DNA of 30,301 nucleotides from Sulfurospirillum sp. (GTDB taxonomy: Bacteria > Campylobacterota > Campylobacteria > Campylobacterales > Sulfurospirillaceae). Numbering within the stretch: position 1 is the first letter of the stretch; each line of letters begins with the position of its first letter. The stretch spans positions 1-30,301 of the forward strand of contig JASFYR010000030.1 of the NCBI GenBank assembly GCA_045047115.1, in the 5' to 3' direction. The position numbers were made by a program, and so were the translations under genes. The notes under the pieces were generated by a model. The model saw nothing but the letters and a program-made list of their open reading frames with translations, made no database searches and had not been told where the DNA came from. Shown in pieces: positions 16,649 through 26,655 of this stretch.

Positions 16649-19189
16649 TTATAAAATAGCCCTTGCATACTCTAAGGCTATTTTTTTTGCTTTATCTATC
16701 ATCTGTGGTTTCTTGCCTCCTGCTTGAGCAAAGTCATCCCGACCGCCACCGCCACCGCCAACTATGGGAGCCACCTCTTTTATCCAAGCTCCCGCTTTTA
16801 TAGGAGCATTTTTTACTCCGCTTGCTATAAGCACTTTGTCTCCCTTTTTCTGAAAAAGCAAAACTGCAACACTCTGTTTTTGATTTTTCAAATCATCTAT
16901 GCTCTTTTTTATATCTCCAGCTTTAAGTTCATCTACTATAAGTTCAACTCCATTGATAGTGTTTGATTCTACTGCTTTTCCAGCATTTGCACTAAAGGCT
17001 TCTACTTCTGCTTTAAGTTCAACTATCTCCTTTTTGAGTCTTCCTATCCCTATAAATATATCTTTGTGTTTCACCTCTTCCTTGGCCTTCTCAAGAGTCT
17101 CTCTTAATTGTAGCACATACTTATGTGCGCTTTTGCCACATACTGCTTCAATTCTTCTCACACCTGCGCTTACGCCACTCTCTTTTGTGATGAAAAAGCT
17201 TCCTATGTTTGCACTGTTTTTCACATGTGTTCCTCCACAAAGTTCAATACTCACATCTCCAAAAGAAACAACCCTCACTTTATCTCCATACTTCTCGCCA
17301 AACAAAGCCATAGCACCACTCTTTCTGGCATCATCTATATTCATAATTTTTGTCTCTTCTTTAATGCCCTTAAAGATGATACTGTTTACAAAATCTTCTA
17401 CTTTTTTTATCTCTTGCAAACTCATCGCTTTTGGGTGTGAAAAATCAAATCTCAATCTATTTTCTTCAACAAGCGAGCCAGCTTGCGCTATATGCTCACC
17501 CAAGACTTTTTTGAGTGCACTTTGCAAGATATGTGTAGCCGAATGGTGTTTTGCTATCTCGTTTCTACCCGCGCTAACCTCTACATGTAAAATATCGCCT
17601 GTTTTTATACTTTTTTCAAGCTCTACATGCGAAAGATTCAGATCAAAGAATTTTTTGGTATCTGTTATGCTTCCATACCCTTCAATCTCTCCGCTGTCAC
17701 CACATTGTCCACCACTTTGCGCATAAAAAGGTGTTCTCTCAAACATAACCCAGCCACTCTTGTCTAAGCTTTTTACCTCTTTAAAATCTTCATCTAAAAG
17801 CGCTAAAACTTTTGAGTTTGATACACTATTTTCATATCCTATAAACTCATTTAATCCAAACCTTTCAAGTAAAGGTTTAAAATCACCGTGTGCTGCACTG
17901 TCTCCACTGCCTTTCCATGAAGCCTTGGCTCTTTTCCTCTGTTCACTCATCAAATAATCAAATCTTTTGGCATCAACACCTAGACTTCTCTCTCTTAGCA
18001 TATCTTGGGTCAAATCAAGTGGAAAACCGTAAGTATCGTAGAGTTTAAAGGCTACATCTCCACTAAAAATCTCTTTGGTATTTTGTAGCTCTTTTTCAAA
18101 CAGCTCTAATCCAAGAGAAATAGTAGATAAAAATCTCTCCTCTTCCCTTTTTATCTGCTCACTAAGAACATCTTTTTTTTCTATCAAATACGGATACTGT
18201 TTTCCCATCAAATCATTTAGCGTACCCAACAATCTATACATAAAAGGCTCTTTTATATTAAGTAAATATCCGTGTCTTACAGCTCTTCTTAATATCCTTC
18301 TTAGGACATATCCTCTGCCCTCTTTATCAAAATTCACACCTTGGGCCAACAAAAATGCTACAGAGCGAATATGATCAGCTATAACCCTATAACTCGCGCC
18401 ACTCTCATAACTGTATGGCTTTTTACATATCTCTTCAACTTTATGAATCAAAGGCATAAACATAGATGAATCATAATTACTGAAAACGCCCTCTTTGACA
18501 GCTATCACTCTCTCCAAGCCCATACCTGTATCGATAGAAGGTTTTGGAAGTGGTGTTAATTTACCGCTCCCTTCTCTCTCATACTGCATAAAAACAAGAT
18601 TCCAAATCTCTAAAAATCTATCACCATCACCGCCCAGATAGTCCTCTGCCGTATCAAAATGCTCACTTCCTTGGTCATAAAAAATCTCACTGCAAGGTCC
18701 ACAAGGTCCGGTATCTCCCATCTGCCAGAAGTTATCTTTGTCACCAAATCTCTTAATTCTCTCTTTTTGGATATATTTTTGCCAGATAAGTTCCGCTTCA
18801 TCATCACTGTCATGCACAGTCACCCAAAGTTTCTCTTTTGGAAGTTCAAGCACTTCAGTGATAAATTCCCATGCATATTTGATAGCATCCTCTTTAAAAT
18901 AATCACCAAAAGAGAAATTTCCAAGCATCTCAAAAAAAGTGTGGTGTCTTGCGGTATAGCCGACATTATCCAAATCGTTATGTTTTCCCCCCGCTCTTAT
19001 GCAAGTCTGTGCACTTGTGGCACGGGGAGGATTTGGTCTCGGAATCTCTCCTGTAAATATTGATTTAAACGGCACCATTCCAGCGTTAACAAAAAGAAGC
19101 GTAGCATCATCAGGAACCAAAGGCGCACTTGGCACCAAAGTATGTCCTTTGTCTTCAAAAAATCTTAAAAATTGGGCTCTTATATCCAT
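16649..19189 (-). CDS. alaS: Alanine--tRNA ligase
   Basis: [49 protein letters not shown], editing motifs HSATH and ELCGGTH, C-terminal GGGGGR..FAQAGG. Confidence 0.99.
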   Translation of the reverse strand: MDIRAQFLRFFEDKGHTLVPSAPLVPDDATLLFVNAGMVPFKSIFTGEIPRPNPPRATSAQTCIRAGGKHNDLDNVGYTARHHTFFEMLGNFSFGDYFKEDAIKYAWEFITEVLELPKEKLWVTVHDSDDEAELIWQKYIQKERIKRFGDKDNFWQMGDTGPCGPCSEIFYDQGSEHFDTAEDYLGGDGDRFLEIWNLVFMQYEREGSGKLTPLPKPSIDTGMGLERVIAVKEGVFSNYDSSMFMPLIHKVEEICKKPYSYESGASYRVIADHIRSVAFLLAQGVNFDKEGRGYVLRRILRRAVRHGYLLNIKEPFMYRLLGTLNDLMGKQYPYLIEKKDVLSEQIKREEERFLSTISLGLELFEKELQNTKEIFSGDVAFKLYDTYGFPLDLTQDMLRERSLGVDAKRFDYLMSEQRKRAKASWKGSGDSAAHGDFKPLLERFGLNEFIGYENSVSNSKVLALLDEDFKEVKSLDKSGWVMFERTPFYAQSGGQCGDSGEIEGYGSITDTKKFFDLNLSHVELEKSIKTGDILHVEVSAGRNEIAKHHSATHILQSALKKVLGEHIAQAGSLVEENRLRFDFSHPKAMSLQEIKKVEDFVNSIIFKGIKEETKIMNIDDARKSGAMALFGEKYGDKVRVVSFGDVSIELCGGTHVKNSANIGSFFITKESGVSAGVRRIEAVCGKSAHKYVLQLRETLEKAKEEVKHKDIFIGIGRLKKEIVELKAEVEAFSANAGKAVESNTINGVELIVDELKAGDIKKSIDDLKNQKQSVAVLLFQKKGDKVLIASGVKNAPIKAGAWIKEVAPIVGGGGGGRDDFAQAGGKKPQMIDKAKKIALEYARAIL

Positions 19190-19313
19190 AAGTTGTTTCC
19201 TAAATAAATAAATAGCTGTTATTTTAGCTAAAAGGCATTTAAAATTGCATAAGAGAGTCTAATTTACTCTCCATTATCCTTTGTATTTTATACTTTCATC
19301 AACATATTTTAAG

Positions 19314-19359
19314 TAAAATACAAAATTATAACTTACCTTGCAAAATGCAAGGTAAGTTA
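19314..19359 (+). promoter_or_regulatory. -10 box followed by a perfect 14-bp inverted repeat in the gnnB leader
   Basis: TAAAAT at 19314-19319; TAACTTACCTTGCA-aaa-TGCAAGGTAAGTTA at 19329-19359. Confidence 0.6.
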
Positions 19360-19377
19360 AAAACAACAAGGCAAATT

Positions 19378-20478
19378 ATGAAATTACCATTTATAGATCT
19401 CAAAACTCAATATGAGCTCTACAAAGACGAGATCGACAAAGAAATTTTAGGTGTATTAAATTCAACACAATTTATACTAGGACCCCAAGTCAGCAAACTA
19501 GAAGAAAGCCTGGCTGATTTTACAGGCTCAAAACATGCCATTGCCTGCTCATCTGGCACAGATGCTCTCCTTTTATCCCTTATGGCATTGGATATAAAAG
19601 CCGGCGATGAAGTAATCACAACTCCTTTTACATTTATCTCTACCGCAGAAGTTATAGCATTGGTGGGAGCAAAAGCAGTATTTGTAGATATTGACAAAGA
19701 GACTTACAACATAGATCCAACCCTTATAGAAGAGAAAATCACCTCAAGAACAAAAGCCATCATACCTGTCTCTTTATATGGGCAACCAGCTGACATGGAT
19801 GAAATCAATAAAATAGCAGAAAAACACAATATATCTGTGATCGAAGATGGTTGTCAGAGTTTCGGAGCAAACTATAAAGACAAAAAATCTTGCAATCTAA
19901 GCGATATAGGCTGCACCAGCTTTTTTCCATCAAAACCTCTTGGGTGCTATGGTGATGGTGGAGCGGTATTTACAAATGATGATGCTTTAGCAAAAAAAAT
20001 AAGGACTCTCTGTAATCATGGTCAAGAAGAGCGCTATAAACACAAATATATAGGCATCAACGGGAGATTGGATGCCTTACAGGCTGCGATATTAAATGTA
20101 AAAATGAGATATTTTAAAGATGAAGTTGAAAAAAGAGAAGAGATCGCAAAGAGATACAATGAATTATTAAAAGATTCTAAAGTTTTACCTCCTCTTATCA
20201 AGGATGACAGAAGCAGCGTATTTGCACAGTACTCAATCCGATATAAAAACAGAGATGATTTAGCTTCACAGTTAAATCAGGCGGGAATCCCAACTGCAGT
20301 ACACTACCCTATATCTCTTCATCAACAAGAGGCATTTGCCTCTCTTGGATACAAAGACGGTGATTTTCCTGTAAGTGAAAAAATTTCAAATGAAATTATG
20401 AGTCTTCCGATGAGTCCATTTTTGACAAAAGAACAACAAAACTTGGTAACAGAAACCATAAAGAGGATAACTAAATGA
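19378..20478 (+). CDS. gnnB: DegT/DnrJ/EryC1/StrS aminotransferase, probable UDP-3-keto-GlcNAc aminotransferase (GnnB/WbpE-like)
   Basis: PFIDL, SGTDAL, IEDGCQS, SFFPSKPLGCYGDGG (PLP Lys), NGRLD. Paired with a Gfo/Idh/MocA gene and divergent from alaS, as for C. jejuni gnnA/gnnB. Start set at ATG 19378. Confidence 0.8.
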   Translation: MKLPFIDLKTQYELYKDEIDKEILGVLNSTQFILGPQVSKLEESLADFTGSKHAIACSSGTDALLLSLMALDIKAGDEVITTPFTFISTAEVIALVGAKAVFVDIDKETYNIDPTLIEEKITSRTKAIIPVSLYGQPADMDEINKIAEKHNISVIEDGCQSFGANYKDKKSCNLSDIGCTSFFPSKPLGCYGDGGAVFTNDDALAKKIRTLCNHGQEERYKHKYIGINGRLDALQAAILNVKMRYFKDEVEKREEIAKRYNELLKDSKVLPPLIKDDRSSVFAQYSIRYKNRDDLASQLNQAGIPTAVHYPISLHQQEAFASLGYKDGDFPVSEKISNEIMSLPMSPFLTKEQQNLVTETIKRITK

Positions 20479-21383
20479 AAAATATAGCGCTTATAGGCTT
20501 GGGTTCTATGGGAAGAAATCATCATAGAATTATAAAAAGTATCAACGGATTCAGGCTTGTTGCCATTTGCGATGTTGTAAAAAACGGTGATTATGACGAG
20601 CCATTTTATTCAAGTGTAGATGATATGTTGCAAAGCGAAGATATCGATGCCTGTGTGATAGTTGTACCAACATTTTTGCATAAAGAAGTAGCAATAAAGT
20701 GCCTTGAGAGTGGGAAAGATATATTTATAGAAAAACCTGTTGCTTCTACCACCGAAGAAGCGCATGATATACTAAAGGTTGCAAACAAGACGGGTGGGAA
20801 AGTGGCCGTTGGCTATATAGAGAGATTCAATCCTGTAGTAGCTGCTCTTAAAGAAGAAATAAAAGACCAAGAGATTTACAGTATAGGCATCACAAGAGTT
20901 GGACCTTTTCCTCCAAGAATTGCAGATGTTGGAATTTTGACGGATTTATCTGTACATGATATAGATTTGATTCGCTATATCTCACAAAGAGAGATCGTAA
21001 AAACCAATATATACCGTTCAAGAAAAATCCATAACCACCATGAAGATAACGCAATCTTGTCTTTTAAACTTGAGCACGATATAGTGGCGAGTGTCACAAC
21101 AAACTGGCTTACTCCATTTAGAAAAAGAACGATAGAAGTAGCAACAAAAGAGTCTTATTTTGAAGCAGACTTAATGGCACAAGACCTTACAGAGTATTCA
21201 GAATATCAAAAAAACAACTCCTATGTTATAAGAAAATGCATAGTAAAAAAAGAGGAGCCCCTTCTTAGAGAGCAACTTGCATTTTTAAATTTCCTCGAAA
21301 CCGGAGAAAGAAGCGGTCTAAGCACTATAGAAGACAGCATGATAACACTGGAAATTTCAGCAAAAAAAAGGATTATAGACTAG
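20475..21383 (+). CDS. gnnA: Gfo/Idh/MocA oxidoreductase, probable UDP-GlcNAc 3-dehydrogenase (GnnA/WbpB-like)
   Basis: GLGSMG, EKP, ERFNP, RVGPFPPRIADVG, DLSVHDID. ATGA overlap with the upstream aminotransferase. Confidence 0.8.
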   Translation: MKNIALIGLGSMGRNHHRIIKSINGFRLVAICDVVKNGDYDEPFYSSVDDMLQSEDIDACVIVVPTFLHKEVAIKCLESGKDIFIEKPVASTTEEAHDILKVANKTGGKVAVGYIERFNPVVAALKEEIKDQEIYSIGITRVGPFPPRIADVGILTDLSVHDIDLIRYISQREIVKTNIYRSRKIHNHHEDNAILSFKLEHDIVASVTTNWLTPFRKRTIEVATKESYFEADLMAQDLTEYSEYQKNNSYVIRKCIVKKEEPLLREQLAFLNFLETGERSGLSTIEDSMITLEISAKKRIID

Positions 21384-23136
21384 GGGTTAGATACCCCTCT
21401 TCTACCAAGGTTTCTACAATCTGCCTAAAAACCGGAACAGCAGTCAATGATGCATAATAATAGTATCTCTTCTTTGGATTTCTCACTAACACCCCAATAG
21501 TAAATCTATGTTTGGAATCATTTGCAAAACCAAAAAATGAACTATTGTAGTTATCACTATAGCCTCCCCTTTTTGCTATATGAGCAGTGCCTGTCTTACC
21601 GCCAATCTCAAGACCTTTGTATATCGCAGCCTTTCCGGTACCCTTTAAAACTGTTTTGATGAGAATTTTTTTCATTCTTTGCGCCACAGGATTTGAGATT
21701 ATCTGTTTTTGAGGTAAAAAAGCTAGTTGGTTTGGCTTGCCATTTTTCAGTGAAAATCTATCTGCAATTTTTGGAGTAACAACTCTGCCATTGTTATTAA
21801 ATATATTATATGCTTTTAAGAGTTGTATAAAAGTAACTCTTAAACCATAACCATATCCGACAGTTGCTTTATATATTTCAGATTTAAATTTGTGCAAAGG
21901 AGGTATGTCTCCTCGCGCCTCATAAGGCAAGTCTATACCGCTCTTAAAGGTAAATCCAAAATCTTTTAGACCCTGATAAAACTCTATAGAATTTAGATTT
22001 TGGGCAAGCTGGGCGATTCCAACATTACTAGAATGAACTATAACATCTTCTGCACTAAGCCAATCATACTTATGAGAATCCCTGATGGTTTTTCTGCCTA
22101 TTTTAAATTTTCCACCATATATCCTAACCAAGTCAAAAGGGTTTACTTTTTTTGCTCTAAGCAGAAGTGAAAAAGTAAAAGGCTTCATAACCGAACCCGG
22201 CTCATACAGATATTCAGCCGCTGTGACATTCAAGGATGGATAGTCAACTCTTCTTATAAAATCCGGATTGTACCTGTTACTTGAGGCGAGTGCCAAAATT
22301 GAGCCTGTCTTGCTATCCATCACGCAAGCTACAATTTCATCTGCTTTGAGATATTTTTTTTTATCACTGAGTATTTTCTCTATCATTTTTTGAATTTTCA
22401 ATGAGACATTAAGATATATATTGTAGCCGTCTATTCTTTTTGTAAATATACTGCTTCTATCCAATATAACACTATTTGATATATCTCTTTTTCCTTGCAA
22501 AATAGAGTTTTGTATTGGGGCTAACTTGTCTTCGTAATATTTTTCTAAACCCTTGACTCCAACCACTTTTGTCATAGATTTTTTCTCAACTTTTCTAATA
22601 TACCCGATAACAGGAGTTAAAGTGTCAACAGCTGGATATATTCTCTTCTCTCCGCTTTCCATTATGCTCATACCATGTAAAAATGACTCTTTTGTTTTTG
22701 GATTTTCATATGTTACAAAAACTCTCAGTAGATAAAGTTTTCTTGCTAGATTTTTGAGGTACTTTGCCCTTTTTGAGTCAATTTTATACGAAAGCACAAC
22801 ATTTCCAAAGCGTGAATTGATAATTTTTAAGACTTTTTTAGGATTGTCTCCACTGTATAATGAATATAGTTTTATAAACAGCTGTTTTTTCTCAGGATCA
22901 ATATTTCTGGTATCAAGCATAACTTTATAGAGCTTTTTACTTGTGGCAACCCTGAAACCATCTTTGCTTATTATATCGCCTCTTAAAGCATGATCTACCT
23001 CTTTGTGAATCAAAGTAGGTAATCTTCTTTTGATACTAGACCAATAAAAATCAGCTCCCAAAAAGAGCACAAACCCAAGTGTAACAATAAAAAATAGAAA
23101 AATTATCTTATAGGTTTTGGGTTTAGTATTTTGCAT
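21373..23136 (-). CDS. ftsI: Class B PBP, division transpeptidase FtsI (PBP3)
   Basis: N-terminal TM, RGDI, R.YP, GLEKYY, EPGSVMK, SSN, KTGT. Follows fliE, as in other Campylobacterota. Start set at ATG 23136. Confidence 0.88.
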   Translation of the reverse strand: MQNTKPKTYKIIFLFFIVTLGFVLFLGADFYWSSIKRRLPTLIHKEVDHALRGDIISKDGFRVATSKKLYKVMLDTRNIDPEKKQLFIKLYSLYSGDNPKKVLKIINSRFGNVVLSYKIDSKRAKYLKNLARKLYLLRVFVTYENPKTKESFLHGMSIMESGEKRIYPAVDTLTPVIGYIRKVEKKSMTKVVGVKGLEKYYEDKLAPIQNSILQGKRDISNSVILDRSSIFTKRIDGYNIYLNVSLKIQKMIEKILSDKKKYLKADEIVACVMDSKTGSILALASSNRYNPDFIRRVDYPSLNVTAAEYLYEPGSVMKPFTFSLLLRAKKVNPFDLVRIYGGKFKIGRKTIRDSHKYDWLSAEDVIVHSSNVGIAQLAQNLNSIEFYQGLKDFGFTFKSGIDLPYEARGDIPPLHKFKSEIYKATVGYGYGLRVTFIQLLKAYNIFNNNGRVVTPKIADRFSLKNGKPNQLAFLPQKQIISNPVAQRMKKILIKTVLKGTGKAAIYKGLEIGGKTGTAHIAKRGGYSDNYNSSFFGFANDSKHRFTIGVLVRNPKKRYYYYASLTAVPVFRQIVETLVEEGYLTPSL

Positions 23137-23146
23137 TAAGTGGTTA

Positions 23147-23440
23147 TTAGATTTGTGTTCGAGATATCTCTTTATATGCATTTAGCGCTTTATTTCTTAC
23201 TTCAAGCATCATCTTCATACTAAGCTCGGCCTTATCTATGGCGATGGCAGCTTGATGCAAATCTTTCACTTCGCCTGTGGCCATATCAGACATAGCCTTT
23301 TGGGCATTTTCTTGAAGACCATTAACCTCAGAGATACTACTCTCAAGCACTTTTGAAAAATCCTTACTGTTTTGTGTTGTAGTTTTATTTGTATTTGTAC
23401 TGTTTATTAATGATGAAATACCTTTAACACTATTTTGCAT
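23147..23440 (-). CDS. fliE: Flagellar hook-basal body protein FliE
   Basis: DLHQAAIAIDKAELSMKMMLEVRNKALNAYKEISRTQI. Confidence 0.96.
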   Translation of the reverse strand: MQNSVKGISSLINSTNTNKTTTQNSKDFSKVLESSISEVNGLQENAQKAMSDMATGEVKDLHQAAIAIDKAELSMKMMLEVRNKALNAYKEISRTQI

Positions 23441-23444
23441 CTAA

Positions 23445-23939
23445 CTATCCCCTTAAAATATCTATGGCACTCTGTGCCATAGTTTTAGCACTTTGAAATG
23501 CAGCCACATTTGCCTGATAAGCTCTTGTAGCTTCTATCAAATCGGACATTTCTATCACTGGATTTATATTTGGATATGCAACATATCCATCTTTGTTTGC
23601 ATCCGGATGAGACGGATCATACTTCATCTTAAAACCACTCTCGTCCCGCACAACTTTGTCAACTACTACACTCATTATAGCAGGATTTGCATTCTCTTGC
23701 GAAGACGAATCATCCAGCGGGTTTTCATATTTTAGCATATTGTTATTGTCATCTATCTGAGAATTCAGTATTTTATCAAAATTTTGAGCTTTAAATACAA
23801 CTTCTCTTCTTTGGTATGGTCCACCCTCACTCGTTCTTGTAGTATTTGCATTAGCTATATTTGAGCTAATAACATTCATTCTAAACCTCTGAGCAGAGAG
23901 CCCATATCCGCTTATATCAAAATCACTTAAAAATGCCAT
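23445..23939 (-). CDS. flgC: Flagellar basal body rod protein FlgC
   Basis: GLSAQRFRMNVISSNIANANTT, GPYQRR, YDPSHPDA..GYV.YPNIN, RAYQAN. Confidence 0.98.
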   Translation of the reverse strand: MAFLSDFDISGYGLSAQRFRMNVISSNIANANTTRTSEGGPYQRREVVFKAQNFDKILNSQIDDNNNMLKYENPLDDSSSQENANPAIMSVVVDKVVRDESGFKMKYDPSHPDANKDGYVAYPNINPVIEMSDLIEATRAYQANVAAFQSAKTMAQSAIDILRG

Positions 23940-23942
23940 TTT

Positions 23943-24374
23943 TTACACCTTTGCCGAAGAGTCCAGGACGCTTCTAAAAATCATACTGTCTTTTTTGAGT
24001 GCAGCTGTCAATGCGCTGTACATCACAGCATTTTTGCTAAGTTCTGTTGTTTCAATATCCAAATCAACCGTATTTCCGTCATTTCTCTGAGTTTGGCCAT
24101 CTCTTAGGTAGATAGTAGCTTTTTCGTCGCTTATGTCGCTAAATCCGCTCAAATGAGCACTATTTGTCTCTGCCATTCTTAATTTTTTGCTACTGTTTGC
24201 TTGAAAAACCTCTTTTGCCTTATTTGCCAATTGAGTCTCAAAATCTATATCTCTTGCTTTATAATTAGGAGTGTCTATATTTGCAATGTTTGAAGCTATC
24301 AACTCTTGCCTGAGGCTTCTTGCGTTTAAGCCGTCTGCCAACAAAGAGTGTGCTCTGCTTATCTCAAAAGACAT
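23943..24374 (-). CDS. flgB: Flagellar basal body rod protein FlgB
   Basis: RQELIASNIANIDTPNYKARD, RNDGNTVDLD. Confidence 0.97.
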   Translation of the reverse strand: MSFEISRAHSLLADGLNARSLRQELIASNIANIDTPNYKARDIDFETQLANKAKEVFQANSSKKLRMAETNSAHLSGFSDISDEKATIYLRDGQTQRNDGNTVDLDIETTELSKNAVMYSALTAALKKDSMIFRSVLDSSAKV

Positions 24375-24411
24375 ATTTTCCTCACTTTACATAGTTTTTA
24401 TAACTTAAATA

Positions 24412-24429
24412 AAGCAAAAATCATTCCTA
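24412..24429 (-). promoter_or_regulatory. Sigma54 (RpoN) -24/-12 promoter of flgB-flgC-fliE
   Basis: The - strand reads TAGGAATGATTTTTGCTT (GG-N10-GC), about 40 nt upstream of the flgB ATG. flgB is RpoN-dependent in Campylobacter and Helicobacter. Confidence 0.85.
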
Positions 24430-24487
24430 TTCTACAAAAGCAATCTCTTAATACTTTTTTTGTACAATAAAAGAAAAAAAGATTCGC

Positions 24488-25648
24488 ATGCAAACAGATA
24501 AAACACTATTTATTCTTAGCTCTTTTTGTATATTTGTAGGCATAGTGTTTTCACTATCCTTGCCTGTTTTTGCAAATATCTATTTTAACTACTCAGAATT
24601 TCACTTTTTTATCAGGCAATTTAGTGTTGGTATGCTTTCCATACTTGTTATGTGGTCACTCTCAAAACTAAATCCTGAAAAAAGTCTGACTTTCATTGGT
24701 TTTAGTATATTTCTCATATGCCTTTTTCTTATGGGCATCATGCACTTTCTCCCTGAAAGCTTTGTAACAAGTGCAGGCGGAGCAAAAAGATGGATAAGAC
24801 TTCCTGGTTTTTCATTAGCCCCTGTCGAATTTTTTAAGATTGGCTTTGTCTATTTTTTGGCATGGAGTTTTGCAAGAAAACTAGATGAAAAGAAAAAGTC
24901 ACTCAAAGATGAGGTTAAGCTCATACTGCCTTATGTAGCAGTTTTTATTCTTGTTGTTTATCTGATAGCTGTCATGCAAAACGACTTGGGACAAGTAGTA
25001 GTTTTGGCTCTCACCTTGGCCATTATGCTTCTTTTTGCAGGAACCAGCATAAAACTCTTTATGATTTCTCTAATCATGTCTTTTTCAATTTTTGCAATTG
25101 CCATCTTTACTTCAGAGCATAGAATTTTAAGGATAAAGGTCTGGTGGGGAACTATACAAAATATGATTCTCTCATTTTTACCGAATAGTATGGCAAAAGC
25201 TCTTAGGGTTGAAGGTATACCTGAACCATACCAAATTTCAAATTCACTAAATGCCATAAATCATGGCGGACTTTTTGGACAAGGCATAGGTTCAGGCTCT
25301 TTTAAACTTGGCTTTTTAAGTGAAGTTCATACCGATTTTGTACTTGCAGGAATCGCAGAGGAGACTGGATTTATCGGAATTTTTATCATAACACTGGCTA
25401 TATTTTTTATAATTTACAGGATATTTAAAATTGCAAACAGAAGTCAAAACAGAGTATATTATCTCTTTAGTGTAGGAATTGGTCTTTTGATAGTCTTTTC
25501 TTTTCTTATGAACGCATACGGCGTAACATCTCTGACGCCTATAAAGGGTATAGCTGTTCCTTTTTTAAGCTATGGTGGAAGCTCTGTTCTGGCACTCTCT
25601 ATAGGCATAGGTATGGTACTTATGATAAGCAAAAGAGCAAAACCATGA
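24488..25648 (+). CDS. ftsW: SEDS family peptidoglycan polymerase FtsW
   Basis: About 10 TM segments, GAKRWI, PVEFFK, QNDLG, LSEVHTDF, EETG, PFLSYGGSS. Directly upstream of murG. Confidence 0.93.
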   Translation: MQTDKTLFILSSFCIFVGIVFSLSLPVFANIYFNYSEFHFFIRQFSVGMLSILVMWSLSKLNPEKSLTFIGFSIFLICLFLMGIMHFLPESFVTSAGGAKRWIRLPGFSLAPVEFFKIGFVYFLAWSFARKLDEKKKSLKDEVKLILPYVAVFILVVYLIAVMQNDLGQVVVLALTLAIMLLFAGTSIKLFMISLIMSFSIFAIAIFTSEHRILRIKVWWGTIQNMILSFLPNSMAKALRVEGIPEPYQISNSLNAINHGGLFGQGIGSGSFKLGFLSEVHTDFVLAGIAEETGFIGIFIITLAIFFIIYRIFKIANRSQNRVYYLFSVGIGLLIVFSFLMNAYGVTSLTPIKGIAVPFLSYGGSSVLALSIGIGMVLMISKRAKP

Positions 25649-26655
25649 TAGCCCTCAGCGGTGGAGGCACAGGTGGTCACTTGGCTATCATAAAAGCGTT
25701 AAAAAATGCACTAAACCAAAAAGGAATAAAACCTGTTTATATCGGCTCAAGCAGAGGACAAGATAGAACCTGGTTTGAAAGCGAAGAGGGTTTTAGTCAA
25801 AAATTTTTCCTTAATTCACAAGGTGTTGTAGATAAAAAAGGACTTAAAAAATTATCAGCTCTCACAGAGATACTAAAATCATCTTCTACATGTAGAGCTA
25901 TCTTTAAAGAAAAAAATATAAAAAGCCTTATATCAGTCGGTGGCTATTCAGCAGCTCCAGCCTCATTTGCGACTATTGGAAGCAGAGTAAACTTATATAT
26001 ACACGAACAAAATGCAGCGATAGGCAAATTGAACAAAATACTAAAACCATTTGCAAAAGAGTTTTTTAGCTCTTATACTCCGGATAGCAAAGTTCGTGAT
26101 TATCCGGTAGACATCTCTTTTTTTAAAAACAAAAAAGAGATAAATGAGCTTGGAACAATTATATTTCTCGGAGGAAGTCAAGGCTCAAAAACCATAAATG
26201 CTCTCGCCATAAATCTGGCAAAAGAGCTCAAAAAGAAGAATATCCATATCATTCACCAAACAGGAAAAAATAATTTTAAAGCAATAGAAGATTTTTACAA
26301 ATCAAATGATATAGATGCTGATATCTTTGATTTTTCTCCAAATTTACTCGAAAAAATCTCACAGGCAGATTTTGCTATAAGCAGATCTGGAGCTAGCACT
26401 TTGTGGGAACTTTGTGCACAGGGAATTCCGACACTATTTATCCCATATCCCTATGCCGCGAGTGACCATCAATACTACAATGCAAAAACTTTATCTGATA
26501 AAAAGTTGGCGTTGCTCAAAAGAGAGAATGAAATAGATGCAAAAAGCATACTTAACGAAATAAAAAAACTAAACTTAAGAAAAATATCAAAAAAACTAAA
26601 AGAGGAAATATCTCCAAATGGAGCTATGAAAATCATAGAGAGCATCATCTGCTAA
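25645..26655 (+). CDS. murG: Lipid II GlcNAc transferase MurG
   Basis: GGGTGGH, GGY, HEQN, GGSQG, RSGAST, DHQYYNA. Confidence 0.96.
   Translation: MIALSGGGTGGHLAIIKALKNALNQKGIKPVYIGSSRGQDRTWFESEEGFSQKFFLNSQGVVDKKGLKKLSALTEILKSSSTCRAIFKEKNIKSLISVGGYSAAPASFATIGSRVNLYIHEQNAAIGKLNKILKPFAKEFFSSYTPDSKVRDYPVDISFFKNKKEINELGTIIFLGGSQGSKTINALAINLAKELKKKNIHIIHQTGKNNFKAIEDFYKSNDIDADIFDFSPNLLEKISQADFAISRSGASTLWELCAQGIPTLFIPYPYAASDHQYYNAKTLSDKKLALLKRENEIDAKSILNEIKKLNLRKISKKLKEEISPNGAMKIIESIIC

Noticed and set aside
16899..17726. 275-aa antisense ORF opposite alaS, and the other short antisense or nested ORFs in the track
   Set aside because: These are shadow frames of well-conserved genes with Ser/Phe/Leu-rich composition and no recognisable motifs or SD.
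19345..19377. Upstream start for gnnB (MQGKLK...)
   Set aside because: This ATG lies inside the hairpin. Family homology begins at MKLPFIDL (19378).
23137..23181. Extended ftsI start overlapping fliE
   Set aside because: It overlaps the fliE 3' end. The ATG at 23136 gives a short cytoplasmic tail before the TM anchor.
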